DNA of 64,000 nt from an uncultured Candidatus Woesearchaeota archaeon (GCA_903864915.1 CAIPHS010000005.1:3968-67967), one strand, 5' to 3'; shown: positions 47,286-57,060, numbered from the stretch's first letter. Notes: a model not told the origin generated them from the letters alone. Made by a program: numbers and translations.

Positions 47286-47837
47286 TTATACATCTGCATA
47301 GAATGTTTCTGGCTGTAAAACAATTTTTCCTATGTATTTTTCGTATTCCGGATTCATTCGTGCAACAAAAGGTGTAATGGTACAAGCTGCGGTATTTCTC
47401 AGCATAACTGGCAGCTCAGAATCCCAGTCAATATTGTTCCAAAGGTATTCTATGCATTCTGCATACTTATCATTAAATTTAAGGTCCTCTGGTGCATAAT
47501 TAGGAAGATTTACTCGCCAGGGCTCAGATGCAAGTGGCTTCCAGAAAGTGACTTCGCGCTCTTCCACTAACTGCAATATTTCTGAGAGGACCTTTTGTGG
47601 AACAACAGCAAGCCCTCGTGCACAAAGTTCGCCCTTTTTATAAATCTCTATACTTTTATCAGGATTAAGGAAAATTGGCACAACGTTATTTCTGTGAATC
47701 TCATAATATTTTTGTTTAACTTTATTTTCAGCCGGGCCCGCGGGTGATATAATCGCGATATCTTTTCTTGAAATGTATATTTGCCCTATCTCCTTTGGAT
47801 GTAAGCATAATAAGCAAGATTCTAAAGTGGCATGCAT
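47286..47837 (-). CDS. hypothetical protein
   Basis: 183-aa ORF; stop abuts the tRNA-Glu 3' end. Confidence 0.65.
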   Translation of the reverse strand: MHATLESCLLCLHPKEIGQIYISRKDIAIISPAGPAENKVKQKYYEIHRNNVVPIFLNPDKSIEIYKKGELCARGLAVVPQKVLSEILQLVEEREVTFWKPLASEPWRVNLPNYAPEDLKFNDKYAECIEYLWNNIDWDSELPVMLRNTAACTITPFVARMNPEYEKYIGKIVLQPETFYADV

Positions 47838-47893
47838 GTATTTGCCTTAAATAAGGCAAGCCAATTTAAATTTTTGTTTAAATTACTATACAA

Positions 47894-49075
47894 TCATTTT
47901 GCTTTTGTTGGATTTAGATTATAGTTTTCGGGCAAGCAGGCGTAGTGCTGAAATAGCTCTGCTGGTGTTATGTTTATTTGCCGCAAAAGTTTGCAGAAGC
48001 GCCAGCAGTTATAATCTGCGAAGCAGTCACTGCACCCGTCCTTTTTAAGAGGCTCATTTACTTTACGGGTTTCTAGCCAACTTGCAGGATTTTGCAAAAG
48101 AAGTTTCTGCCTTTCTATGGACTGATCGATGCGATTTTCCAGATCTATTATGTGAGGATTCTCTAGTGAGTATTCGAACTCGCAGATATCAAACACTGTT
48201 TCGCGATAGCTTGGGAGTATTGCTTTGTAATCCGGCGGGGTATAAGGCGGGCGTTCGATTATTGTCAGTATGCTTTCGGGCTTAATTTTAAGGGTTTGAC
48301 AAACGCCCAAGCCATAAAATAAAAGCTGGTCTTTTTGCGTAGTCGACTGAGTTCGCTTTCTGTCCAAAACTGCAATATGCTTTGTGCTTCCCCACTCTTT
48401 TATACAGGCCAGCCCGTCAAATTTGCCCTGAAGTCGCCACCCGTCTCTAGTCTGATAATAAACGCGCTTTTCAGCAAATTCCTCTCTTGACATGCCTGCT
48501 TGATTGTGCAAGAATGGTCTTTGCCTATCTTCTGGTTGCTGATTGTAAATTAGGTGTGCTAATGTGCCTAGCAGGCCTAAAGGATTGTCTTTCGGCCTGA
48601 AGCCATCATCTAACATTTGCGGCATAATTTCTAAATTGGCTAAAATACGGTAAACTTCACACCAATGATTAACGGGAGAGATGCGCATATCGTATTCGCG
48701 GAATGGCTGGCTTTCAAAAGGCAAGAATTCAAATTGGCCTTCGCCTCTAATTTCGCGCAAGAATTTTTTGCCATTTCCTTTTATACCAAAAAATTCGACC
48801 TCTTGGTTCATAGAATTCAATCTATCTTTAGATGACTCTATGCTATTACACATGTAATTGCGCTTATAGGTGTCCTCAACCAACAGCTTGACATGATCGC
48901 CAATAACTTCTTTTTTGTCAATTAAATCTTGCAGAAACGTTGCTGTGCAGGATTGTTTTTCTGAATTTAGGCTTGGGTTATCACAAAGCCTATTCTTACA
49001 TCCGCACTTGAAGAAAGCCAGGCTAACTTCTTCGTTATTCAATAACCTTGCGACTTGGGGGCATGATTTTAACAT
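47894..49075 (-). CDS. Cas4-like PD-(D/E)xK nuclease with Fe-S cysteines and Cys-rich N-terminal extension
   Basis: SPVNHWC, GTLAH, GKFDGL, DRK, QLLFY, CSDCFADYNC; ATG overlaps upstream stop (alternative GTG at 49120). Confidence 0.75.
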   Translation of the reverse strand: MLKSCPQVARLLNNEEVSLAFFKCGCKNRLCDNPSLNSEKQSCTATFLQDLIDKKEVIGDHVKLLVEDTYKRNYMCNSIESSKDRLNSMNQEVEFFGIKGNGKKFLREIRGEGQFEFLPFESQPFREYDMRISPVNHWCEVYRILANLEIMPQMLDDGFRPKDNPLGLLGTLAHLIYNQQPEDRQRPFLHNQAGMSREEFAEKRVYYQTRDGWRLQGKFDGLACIKEWGSTKHIAVLDRKRTQSTTQKDQLLFYGLGVCQTLKIKPESILTIIERPPYTPPDYKAILPSYRETVFDICEFEYSLENPHIIDLENRIDQSIERQKLLLQNPASWLETRKVNEPLKKDGCSDCFADYNCWRFCKLLRQINITPAELFQHYACLPENYNLNPTKAK

Positions 49076-50145
49076 AGCCGGTGTTGCACTATTTGTTTTC
49101 GCTTTGGAAACCAAGCACACTTGAAGTTATTTTTCAAAATCTTAATTGCGCTTGGGCTAATCTCTCGCTGCCTGCTTTTTTTTGCGTCGTCACGTCTCAT
49201 TAGCTCAGATTCTGTGATTTTGAAATTAGATGCATAAGGAGATTTTATAACTGCTTGATAAATTTCAGAACCTTTTATTGCATAGATATTTATTTTATTT
49301 AATCCTAGCCTAGACCACAAACCTTTTTCTGGACTTGTATAAGCTGCGCTAAACAAAAATGCGCAAATGTATTTAGTTGCATCTATATCGCGAATTTGTT
49401 TGCGCCTGTCTTCACCTATAATTCCATCGTGTAACAGTAAACTTTTTGCCAGTTCTGAAGAAAGGACCGAAGTATGGAAATCTGAATTGGGCTGCTGTAC
49501 AAGCGGCTCTTTTGTAATTTCCTTTTCTAGACTTCCAAATCCTTTTTTATTTCGTGCTCGCATTTCTTGGTTCACCTGTTCGAAAACATCCTTGAAATAA
49601 TAGCACACAACAGATTTAGGGTAAAGATATGGAATTTTAACAAATTCCATAAAGTCTGTCATGAACATAAACAAATCAGCTTTGTACGCGTCTAAAGGTT
49701 TTGAAGTTTCTTTTTGGAAATCTTCGTCTAGCTCTTTAATTGCTGAAACCAAGATATTGCTCAGCTCGAAGTCTTGTGCAATGGGGTCGTGACCTACAAG
49801 TCTTTTCCTGCCTTCGCTCTGGTTTGGCGACTCCCCAGTAAACCACCATATTCTTTTGTCCTTTATACTGTCCAAATTTTTGGCTACAAGCGCATTGTGC
49901 CTGTATATAATTTCTTGTGCCGCAACATATTTCCACTTTTTAGAACCCACTTCCAGCGCGTCTTCAACCAAACATATCTCTTCTTCCAAAATATTCCGCA
50001 AATAGCCTTGCTCAAATCTGCTTCGCGGCAGGTCTTCCAAGAGCTCACTTTTAGACGGAAGAAAGGGCAGCAGCCGGTAATATAAATAATATATTGCTTT
50101 GCGGGGGTCTGAGCGAACACTTACTGGGGATGTCCAGCCTGGCAT
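49069..50145 (-). CDS. hypothetical helical protein
   Basis: 358-aa ORF coupled to the Cas4-like gene, divergent from PolB. Confidence 0.7.
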   Translation of the reverse strand: MPGWTSPVSVRSDPRKAIYYLYYRLLPFLPSKSELLEDLPRSRFEQGYLRNILEEEICLVEDALEVGSKKWKYVAAQEIIYRHNALVAKNLDSIKDKRIWWFTGESPNQSEGRKRLVGHDPIAQDFELSNILVSAIKELDEDFQKETSKPLDAYKADLFMFMTDFMEFVKIPYLYPKSVVCYYFKDVFEQVNQEMRARNKKGFGSLEKEITKEPLVQQPNSDFHTSVLSSELAKSLLLHDGIIGEDRRKQIRDIDATKYICAFLFSAAYTSPEKGLWSRLGLNKINIYAIKGSEIYQAVIKSPYASNFKITESELMRRDDAKKSRQREISPSAIKILKNNFKCAWFPKRKQIVQHRLC

Positions 50146-50195
50146 GGCATGAAACTTAAAGTTACTCTTAAAAGACTTCTGTAAAAATTGCTTCT

Positions 50196-53009
50196 ATGCC
50201 TTCGATAGTTTGGGATATATTGCCTGCTGCTGGAAAGGGCGGCACAGAATGCTGGGTCTATTTGCGAAAAAACGACAAAACCGTTAAAATTCAAAAAGAT
50301 TTGTGTCAAATATTCCTATCAAGATGGAATTCTAAGCAAAATATCGAAAAGCTTAGATCGAGTTATGAGCTAAACTCTCCAAATATTAAAACTGAAATAC
50401 ATGATGCGGGGGAAGGCCGTTGGTTTTTAGAGATACAAGGCCCCCGCAGCCTCGATGAGATATTGGATAAAAGTTCTTTTAGAAATTCTCCATCAATTTA
50501 CGAATCATTCGCACTACAGACAAAGCCTTTTTCTTTAATTGACGACGCTGGCGATGCTAGTGAGCAAGCCTCTGTTGAGGACATTTGCAACCAGACGGTT
50601 GCCGTACTCGATATAGAAAAGCAAGATTGGGAGCCTAACTCCGGCAGGACGCCCAAGATTTGTGCAGCATCTATCGGAATTTCAAAGCCCGATGGTGCAC
50701 AAAAGTATTACACAACTGCAATCTGGCCAATACACAAAGAAGGGATAGATTCTGAGCATCTCCCTGTTCGAAATCCTCTTGAGCTAGCACTTTTGACATC
50801 TTACATTCTACGAAAAGAAGACCCAGGATTCGTCGCTGGCCAAAACATACAGAAATATGATTTTGAAGAGCTAAAGATGAATTACAGAGGACTTTTCACA
50901 GCAGGTGGAAGGAAAGAATTTTTTGAGAGATTAAAGAATAGCAGGGAAGGAAAAGATAAGGATCTAAATCTTGAAGATATCAGCAAATCTCTTTCAGAGT
51001 TAGAACACGCAATTGAGCATTGGTACGAAACTGGCGAGATTAAATTTGAAAACAGACTTGGCTTTAGAGTGTTTGATGAATTTACTGCATTGCTTTCTTA
51101 TATCAGCCAAATGACTCAAGAATGGGCTGCAACAGGTGTGCGGCCTTTTTATCTTCAAGATAGACCGGATAAGGAAAACATACACACAACGCTGCTAAAA
51201 TTAATTAGGCAATTTGAGCTTCCAGAGCAGTTGAAAGATTGGCTTGCTGAAAAATACAGCAAAGGCACGAAGGCTAACCTGAAACGTGCTGTGGAAAGTG
51301 GAGAAGAATTGCCGGAATGGCTGCAAATGCGCCTTCGCACGGATTTTAGCAATGACTTGGAAAAAATTTGCCGCCATAATTTAGCAAAATTAGTCAAGGA
51401 GGGGGTTTTCCTTCTTGGTATTGACAAAGAAGAACCGGGCTTCAAGTCGGTCTCATATATGCGGAAGCAGCATTGCGCTGGCTTGCAAATAATAGACACT
51501 TACACCTTTTCGCATAACCATCTGGATTTGCCGAATGACAAGCTTCCAACAATAATAGCTCACTTTGATGACTGCTATGTCAAAGCTCTAAAACATGGAG
51601 AAATAACACCAACAGCTAGAGCTGCTGAGGCTGGCGATAAGATTTCTGGAACTAAATTAGTAAAGTATAATTTAGAGGACGTCAAAGCCACTTTAAAGCT
51701 CACACGCACGATAATGCCAACCGAAGCAGAGCTCGCCAGATTATACGAAACAGATTTTGCAACTGTTAGTACAACTTCAATTGGCACTGTACAAGATATA
51801 CTTTTCAAGAAGCAAAACTATGGGAAAAAGAGATTCTGGCGCATATTTTATGATGCAGAAAAAGACATATTGGAAGAAAAGTTTAGACCTGCTCAACCCG
51901 GAAATAGGCGCGAGGAGCCAGGGCTAGGTTTTGACTTTAAGGCAGAGAAAGGTAATTTTGAGCAGCTAACTGCAATTTACCCCACACATATTTTCAGGGC
52001 TTTAGAAGCGCTGGTGCGAAGCAACCCTTGCGGCGAACATCTTTTGAAACTTTTTGGAGCTGAAACTCGCCCAACTTTCAAAATAATTTATGCCCAGCAT
52101 CTTGACAAGCTCTGCACGAGGCTCCTTTATGATACGGAATCAATGCGGGATGTCTTTGCTTTAGAAGAGCAAACATCGCAAAACCTTAAGGAAAAAGTAA
52201 TAACTGCTGCAGAAGAGCTAAAGGACTTTTTAAGCAAACACAGCTCAAATGTTGTAAATGCGTCTAAGAGGCTGGCTTTTCTTAAAGGCCCACCTAATTT
52301 GGAAAGTGAGCTGCGAGCAAATCCAAATCTGTATTTTGCAGGCATTGCTGAAAAAGTTTCGTCTAAAACAAAAGGCAGAATAGCTGCTGGCTTGAATGGT
52401 AAAATCTATAGCTCTGGAATTACTTTAGACAGACGGAGCAGAAAAGGTGACTTGTCTTACATTGATAAAATAATAAGAGAAGAGACCTTCAGTATACATT
52501 TTTCCAAGCTTAGCACAAGCGAGAAAGTCTCTGCGCTACAAAACTTGTTTTCAAGCTTAGAAGGTCAAATAATAGAGCATTATTTCTTTGAAGACAAGCC
52601 TAGCAGGCCCCTGTCCGATTATTCTATATCTTACACTAATACGAGGCGGTATCAAAGGATGGAATTAGCAGAAGCAAAAAGTGGTGAGCTTGTCCTTGGT
52701 GCGTACATTTTGAACAAAGGTTTTGTGCCACATTGGGCAATTGAAGAGAATGATAAGCCAGACTTAGAAGTTTATAGAACTAAGCTATTTGGGCCCCTTA
52801 AAAAAGACAAAAGCAAAGGCAGAAATCTCACAGGAGGTGTGGTTGGTGATTGGTTGTTGTCTATGTTCAATGCCAAAGGGAAATATGATGTTTATAGCGC
52901 TTTAAGCAGGCTTTGTGAATGCAGGGCACACGGAGCAGATTTGCAATTATTGGCAAAATCATACGATTTAAACGTACCTGTGCAGCAAGCAACCCTATCT
53001 TCATTTTAG
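50196..53009 (+). CDS. divergent family B DNA polymerase: intact 3'-5' exonuclease motifs, degenerate polymerase motifs
   Basis: ExoI LDIE, ExoII GQNIQKYD, IIDTY, ExoIII YNLEDV; no DxxSLYPS, KxxxNSxYG or YGDTDS. Confidence 0.75.
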   Translation: MPSIVWDILPAAGKGGTECWVYLRKNDKTVKIQKDLCQIFLSRWNSKQNIEKLRSSYELNSPNIKTEIHDAGEGRWFLEIQGPRSLDEILDKSSFRNSPSIYESFALQTKPFSLIDDAGDASEQASVEDICNQTVAVLDIEKQDWEPNSGRTPKICAASIGISKPDGAQKYYTTAIWPIHKEGIDSEHLPVRNPLELALLTSYILRKEDPGFVAGQNIQKYDFEELKMNYRGLFTAGGRKEFFERLKNSREGKDKDLNLEDISKSLSELEHAIEHWYETGEIKFENRLGFRVFDEFTALLSYISQMTQEWAATGVRPFYLQDRPDKENIHTTLLKLIRQFELPEQLKDWLAEKYSKGTKANLKRAVESGEELPEWLQMRLRTDFSNDLEKICRHNLAKLVKEGVFLLGIDKEEPGFKSVSYMRKQHCAGLQIIDTYTFSHNHLDLPNDKLPTIIAHFDDCYVKALKHGEITPTARAAEAGDKISGTKLVKYNLEDVKATLKLTRTIMPTEAELARLYETDFATVSTTSIGTVQDILFKKQNYGKKRFWRIFYDAEKDILEEKFRPAQPGNRREEPGLGFDFKAEKGNFEQLTAIYPTHIFRALEALVRSNPCGEHLLKLFGAETRPTFKIIYAQHLDKLCTRLLYDTESMRDVFALEEQTSQNLKEKVITAAEELKDFLSKHSSNVVNASKRLAFLKGPPNLESELRANPNLYFAGIAEKVSSKTKGRIAAGLNGKIYSSGITLDRRSRKGDLSYIDKIIREETFSIHFSKLSTSEKVSALQNLFSSLEGQIIEHYFFEDKPSRPLSDYSISYTNTRRYQRMELAEAKSGELVLGAYILNKGFVPHWAIEENDKPDLEVYRTKLFGPLKKDKSKGRNLTGGVVGDWLLSMFNAKGKYDVYSALSRLCECRAHGADLQLLAKSYDLNVPVQQATLSSF

Positions 53010-53046
53010 TAAAGGTTTAAAAGTAAAAATTTTGGAATCTTATTGC

Positions 53047-53130
53047 GCGAGGGTACCCAAGCGGTCAAAGGGGATGGACTTAAGATCCATTGGCTCAGTG
53101 CCTTCAGAGGTTCAAATCCTCTCCCTCGCA
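53047..53130 (+). tRNA. tRNA-Leu(TAA)
   Basis: GCGAGGG/CCCTCGC, long variable arm. Confidence 0.94.
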
Positions 53131-53174
53131 TTTAATTAAAAATTTATTTAAACCCTAACCATGCTAAAATTGGT

Positions 53175-54152
53175 ATGCTTATTGAAATCAAGAGTCTGAC
53201 TAAGAAATACAATTCTTTTGTTGCTGCAGACCATATTAATCTTTCAATAAAATCTGGAGAAATTTTTGGCCTGCTCGGCCCTAATGGTGCTGGGAAGACA
53301 ACAACACTAATGATGCTTTCGACCTTGCTAAAGCCAACAACAGGCACTGCAATAGTCAACGGTTTTGACATAATAAAAGAACCTTCACAAGTAAGAAAAT
53401 CAATAGGTATGGTTTTCCAGGAGCCAAGCTCGGACGAATTGCTAACCGGCTATGAGAATCTGAAGCTACATACAATGATGTTTGGCGTACCCGCAAATTT
53501 GCGCGAGCAGCGCATAAAGGAGGGTTTGGAGCTTGTTGGCCTGACTGCTGAGAAAAACCAGCTGGTCAAGAAATATTCTGGTGGAATGCGCAGGCGCCTT
53601 GAATTAGCCCGCGGTTTATCGCACCATCCAAAGATAATATTCCTCGATGAGCCAACCCTTGGTCTAGACCCCAACGCAAGGGAACAGATATGGGCATACA
53701 TAAAGAAACTCGTGAAAAAAGAGAATGTCACAATCATAATAACCACACACTACATGGATGAAGCTGACAGGCTTTGCGATAGGATTGCAATAATCGACCG
53801 GGGCAAAATTGTTGCAATAGATTCACCGGAAAATCTAAAGAGAAAAATCGGCGGCGACATCATACAATTGAAATTCAAAGGAGAACGAAACTTAAATTCT
53901 CTTAAAAAATTAAAGTTTGTCAAGAAAATCGACAAGTTTGAGAATGGCGCGGCGCTGACGGTCTCTGATGCTTCAAAGCATCTTCAGGAAATCTTGAAAG
54001 TGATAGGTACTGTAGAGTCTGTTGAGATGCGCACGCCAACGCTCAATGATGTATTCTTGCATTACACTGGAAAAGAATACCACCAGAATGGCGAGTCACC
54101 CGAAGGTGGATTCTTCGAGAAGGCTATGACTTACAGGGCGAGGTCAAAATGA
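53175..54152 (+). CDS. ABC exporter ATP-binding protein (DrrA-like)
   Basis: GPNGAGKTT, YSGGM, LDEPT, TTHYMDEA. Confidence 0.93.
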   Translation: MLIEIKSLTKKYNSFVAADHINLSIKSGEIFGLLGPNGAGKTTTLMMLSTLLKPTTGTAIVNGFDIIKEPSQVRKSIGMVFQEPSSDELLTGYENLKLHTMMFGVPANLREQRIKEGLELVGLTAEKNQLVKKYSGGMRRRLELARGLSHHPKIIFLDEPTLGLDPNAREQIWAYIKKLVKKENVTIIITTHYMDEADRLCDRIAIIDRGKIVAIDSPENLKRKIGGDIIQLKFKGERNLNSLKKLKFVKKIDKFENGAALTVSDASKHLQEILKVIGTVESVEMRTPTLNDVFLHYTGKEYHQNGESPEGGFFEKAMTYRARSK

Positions 54153-54895
54153 GCGAGCTTAGTGGCCTTCTTGCGATATGGGAACGCGAGTTCAGAGTAT
54201 TCCTTAGAGAAAAGTCAAGGATTTTTGCATCATTGCTTTCACCACTGATGTGGCTTTTTATTTTCGGCGGGGGTGTTGGCTCTGCCCTGTCAACAAGCAG
54301 CTTTAATTATCAAACATTCATATATCCAGGTATTATAGTAATGTCCTGTCTTTTCACATCGATTTTCTATGGTGCGTATGTCATATGGGACAAGCGTTTG
54401 GACTTCTTGAAGGAAGTTATCGTCAGCCCGCTAAGCAGAACAACAATCTTTTTTGGCAAGGCTCTTGGCGGCGTCACTGATGCAATAATACAGGCGTCAG
54501 TACTTGTATTATTGGGACCCATATTTGGAGTTCATTATGGTTGGTTCCTTATTCCGCTATACGCTGTACTGTTCATCATGATAACTGGGCTTGTCAGCAT
54601 AGGCCTAATCATAGGCAGCCTAATGGAATCTCCAGAAGGCTTCGGCCTTATAACGAGCCTGATTAACTTTCCACTGTTTTTCCTTTCAGGCGCACTTTTC
54701 CCTCTCGATAATCTGCCTTCATGGCTCAAAGGAATAACCTTGATGAATCCTGTGACTTACGGCGTCGATGCTGTACGAAGCCTTATGCTAGGAACAAGCA
54801 CATTTGGTCTGTTCAAAGACGTGCTAGTTTTAATTGCCTTTGCAGTTATCATAGTGGTTATTGGAGCTTGGACTTTTAGCAAGATGAAAGTCTGA
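54149..54895 (+). CDS. ABC-2 type permease
   Basis: Six TM segments, FLSGALFP, NPVTYGVD; ATGA overlap. Confidence 0.92.
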   Translation: MSELSGLLAIWEREFRVFLREKSRIFASLLSPLMWLFIFGGGVGSALSTSSFNYQTFIYPGIIVMSCLFTSIFYGAYVIWDKRLDFLKEVIVSPLSRTTIFFGKALGGVTDAIIQASVLVLLGPIFGVHYGWFLIPLYAVLFIMITGLVSIGLIIGSLMESPEGFGLITSLINFPLFFLSGALFPLDNLPSWLKGITLMNPVTYGVDAVRSLMLGTSTFGLFKDVLVLIAFAVIIVVIGAWTFSKMKV

Positions 54896-54957
54896 TTTGC
54901 CAAACCTTAAAAATACATTTTAAATCTCTTATTTGTGGGCCTTAGCGGTCTGCTAAA

Positions 54958-55041
54958 GCGGGAGTACCCAAGCGGTCTAAGGGGCTGGATTCAGAATCCA
55001 GTGGCTTAGTGCCTTCGGAGGTTCGAATCCTCCCTTCCGCA
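54958..55041 (+). tRNA. tRNA-Leu(CAG)
   Basis: GCGGGAG/CTTCCGC, CTGGA/TCCAG, long variable arm. Confidence 0.93.
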
Positions 55042-55058
55042 TTAATTTTTAAAAAAAA

Positions 55059-56036
55059 TTAGCCGGTCTGTTGCCAGACCGCGCTTTGGGATTCGCCAGT
55101 TGATGCTGTTCCAGCTGCAAATGCTTGTTCCATTGTTTCTTTAACATTGTCAGGAACAACTCCGACAGGATTCAGCGCATCATCCATAGCCGGAACGCCC
55201 TTATGTGCATTCAAGCAGTATGTCTTGAGCTCAAACACCCTAGACTGGCCTGCAGGGATATAAGCCGTTACGGGCTCGCCAGCCCCAAGATCCTGATTTG
55301 ACCCGCCAACATTGGCGAATTTCGTTCCAAGCTGGATGTTTAAGGCCAAATTATGGGCACCGCTGTTAAACGCATCAATAGTCATGCTAGTGTACCCATG
55401 TGGCGTGTATCTAAGGCTCAACCTACTCTCGAATACAGTAGTACGGACGCCAGCTATGCATTTAGAAAATGGCTGTGTTTCGCACTTATCAATAAAAGGC
55501 AACTTCCCTTGTATTGCTACCCATTCAATTTCAGTTCTGCCGTATGCCTTTAACCACACTATATGCAGTGCTTCATAGTCAACGCCCAAATAAGCCCAGA
55601 TCTTGAATTGCTTATCAATTAAATCCCTCTGGCTGTTACCTGGCGACTTGATGATGTGCATTATTAGGTCATCAACCTGGCCAACTACATGGTAATAGGC
55701 GCTAGGCGGATATTCAATCGGAGCACCAACATACGGATTAGAGTACGAATCAACTAAGGGTTCTTCGTTAACTTTCACTTGCCCAACAGGCTTTACGTTA
55801 AAGTCCAGATACAATGCCCATCGCGAGTCTATCGCAACATAAGCCACACCATAAATACTGTAAACGATATCGCCTGGTTGCGCATCATACACACCTAAAG
55901 TGTGCAAATCAATAGGCACGGGTTCAAAATTACCCCATACTGGTTGCACAGGATTATCCAGAGGAACTGCACTCACACTTATAATAAATATGAGCACGAT
56001 TGCTGCCAAAACCGCAACTATCTCATTTTGTTTCAT
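55059..56036 (-). CDS. secreted protein with thioester-domain-like C-terminal motifs
   Basis: Signal peptide; YCLNAHKGVP and SQSAVW. Confidence 0.65.
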   Translation of the reverse strand: MKQNEIVAVLAAIVLIFIISVSAVPLDNPVQPVWGNFEPVPIDLHTLGVYDAQPGDIVYSIYGVAYVAIDSRWALYLDFNVKPVGQVKVNEEPLVDSYSNPYVGAPIEYPPSAYYHVVGQVDDLIMHIIKSPGNSQRDLIDKQFKIWAYLGVDYEALHIVWLKAYGRTEIEWVAIQGKLPFIDKCETQPFSKCIAGVRTTVFESRLSLRYTPHGYTSMTIDAFNSGAHNLALNIQLGTKFANVGGSNQDLGAGEPVTAYIPAGQSRVFELKTYCLNAHKGVPAMDDALNPVGVVPDNVKETMEQAFAAGTASTGESQSAVWQQTG

Positions 56037-56305
56037 TTTTTGCCACTCTTTATTTTGGATACGATTAGATGGCTTGCTATGAAAGCAATCGCTAACACTG
56101 GCAAGAGAAATATCTTAGCAGCCTCGCTTGCCCGTTGTGCAACATCAGCAAGTGTATAACAAAAATCCACAAACATGCCTTCCGGTATAGGCCCGCAATG
56201 CGCAAACCTTAAATAATCCATAAATGTCAGGCAGTATATTACGCTCTCTGTAACCGCTGCTATTAGCAGGGTTAAACCTATTTTCTTTTTGATAGTATCT
56301 TTCAT
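56033..56305 (-). CDS. small 2-TM membrane protein
   Basis: Two TM segments with a loop Cys pair; ATGA overlap with next gene; start may be GTG 56314. Confidence 0.6.
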   Translation of the reverse strand: MKDTIKKKIGLTLLIAAVTESVIYCLTFMDYLRFAHCGPIPEGMFVDFCYTLADVAQRASEAAKIFLLPVLAIAFIASHLIVSKIKSGKK

Positions 56306-56406
56306 TTTTATCACCTGTATGCTATAGAAAACAAGTCGTATATATACCCAGAAGTAAGTTTCAATCTAAATTGAAGTTATTAAAAAATTACAAATTTTTA
56401 AATTCC

Positions 56407-56431
56407 TCAAGCTCGCATCGCGAGTTTGAGT
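56407..56431. repeat. 11-bp-arm palindrome (possible terminator)
   Basis: CTCAAGCTCGC-atc-GCGAGTTTGAG just downstream of the ArsR-type gene. Confidence 0.55.
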
Positions 56432-56436
56432 TATGC

Positions 56437-57012
56437 TTATTTCCTAGATTTGTAAGCAAGATAAATTCCTGCCAAGATTCCAAAAACCAGTGCTGCTATT
56501 AAAATAACAACACCTAAATCAAAGCTTGCGGAAGGGCCTACTTCTAACAACGATAAAGTTTTTGCGCCCTCCATTGCTGGCGCGCCTGCAAATTCGGTAG
56601 CAGTTGTTTGTGTAATTTTTTGAAATCCGAATAGCAAACCTGTTGCTATTGAAATAATTGTGATTATTGGAAGTATAACTTTATCGCCAAGCATTTCGAT
56701 TATACCTTGCTTTGCAGTTTCCGGAGCCAGTATGATAGCCTTTTTAGCAGGTTCGTAATATTTTATTTCCCTGCCTTTTTTACTATACCTTTTAGCTGTT
56801 GCTTTGATCAAGCCAGCAGCTCTCAACAAGTCTAAATTAAATTGAACAGTAGACATGGGAAAACTCAGTTCTTTTGATATTTCTGAAGGAGTTCTGCGGC
56901 CTTCAGCAAGCAAATCTAGTATGGCTTTTGCCTTTTTGCTTTGTATAACCCTTGCTATTTCCCTAGCCTTCTCTTCTTTCATTGAAAATACAACAAATTT
57001 CTCGTCAACCAT
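56437..57012 (-). CDS. ArsR-type HTH regulator with C-terminal TM helices
   Basis: TPSEISKELSFPMSTVQFNLDLL, YSKKGREIKYY, two TM segments. Confidence 0.85.
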   Translation of the reverse strand: MVDEKFVVFSMKEEKAREIARVIQSKKAKAILDLLAEGRRTPSEISKELSFPMSTVQFNLDLLRAAGLIKATAKRYSKKGREIKYYEPAKKAIILAPETAKQGIIEMLGDKVILPIITIISIATGLLFGFQKITQTTATEFAGAPAMEGAKTLSLLEVGPSASFDLGVVILIAALVFGILAGIYLAYKSRK

Positions 57013-57060
57013 TATAGTCTGGAGTAAACAATAGACTTTAAAAACCCTACTATAATTTCA

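Noticed and set aside
47894..53009. Casposon or CRISPR-Cas locus
   Set aside because: No cas1, repeat-spacer array or terminal inverted repeats seen; the PolB lacks polymerase catalytic motifs.
53047..55041. ABC exporter flanked by two similar tRNA-Leu genes as att sites
   Set aside because: Both tRNAs are complete with different anticodons; the similarity is ordinary isoacceptor homology and no recombinase is present.
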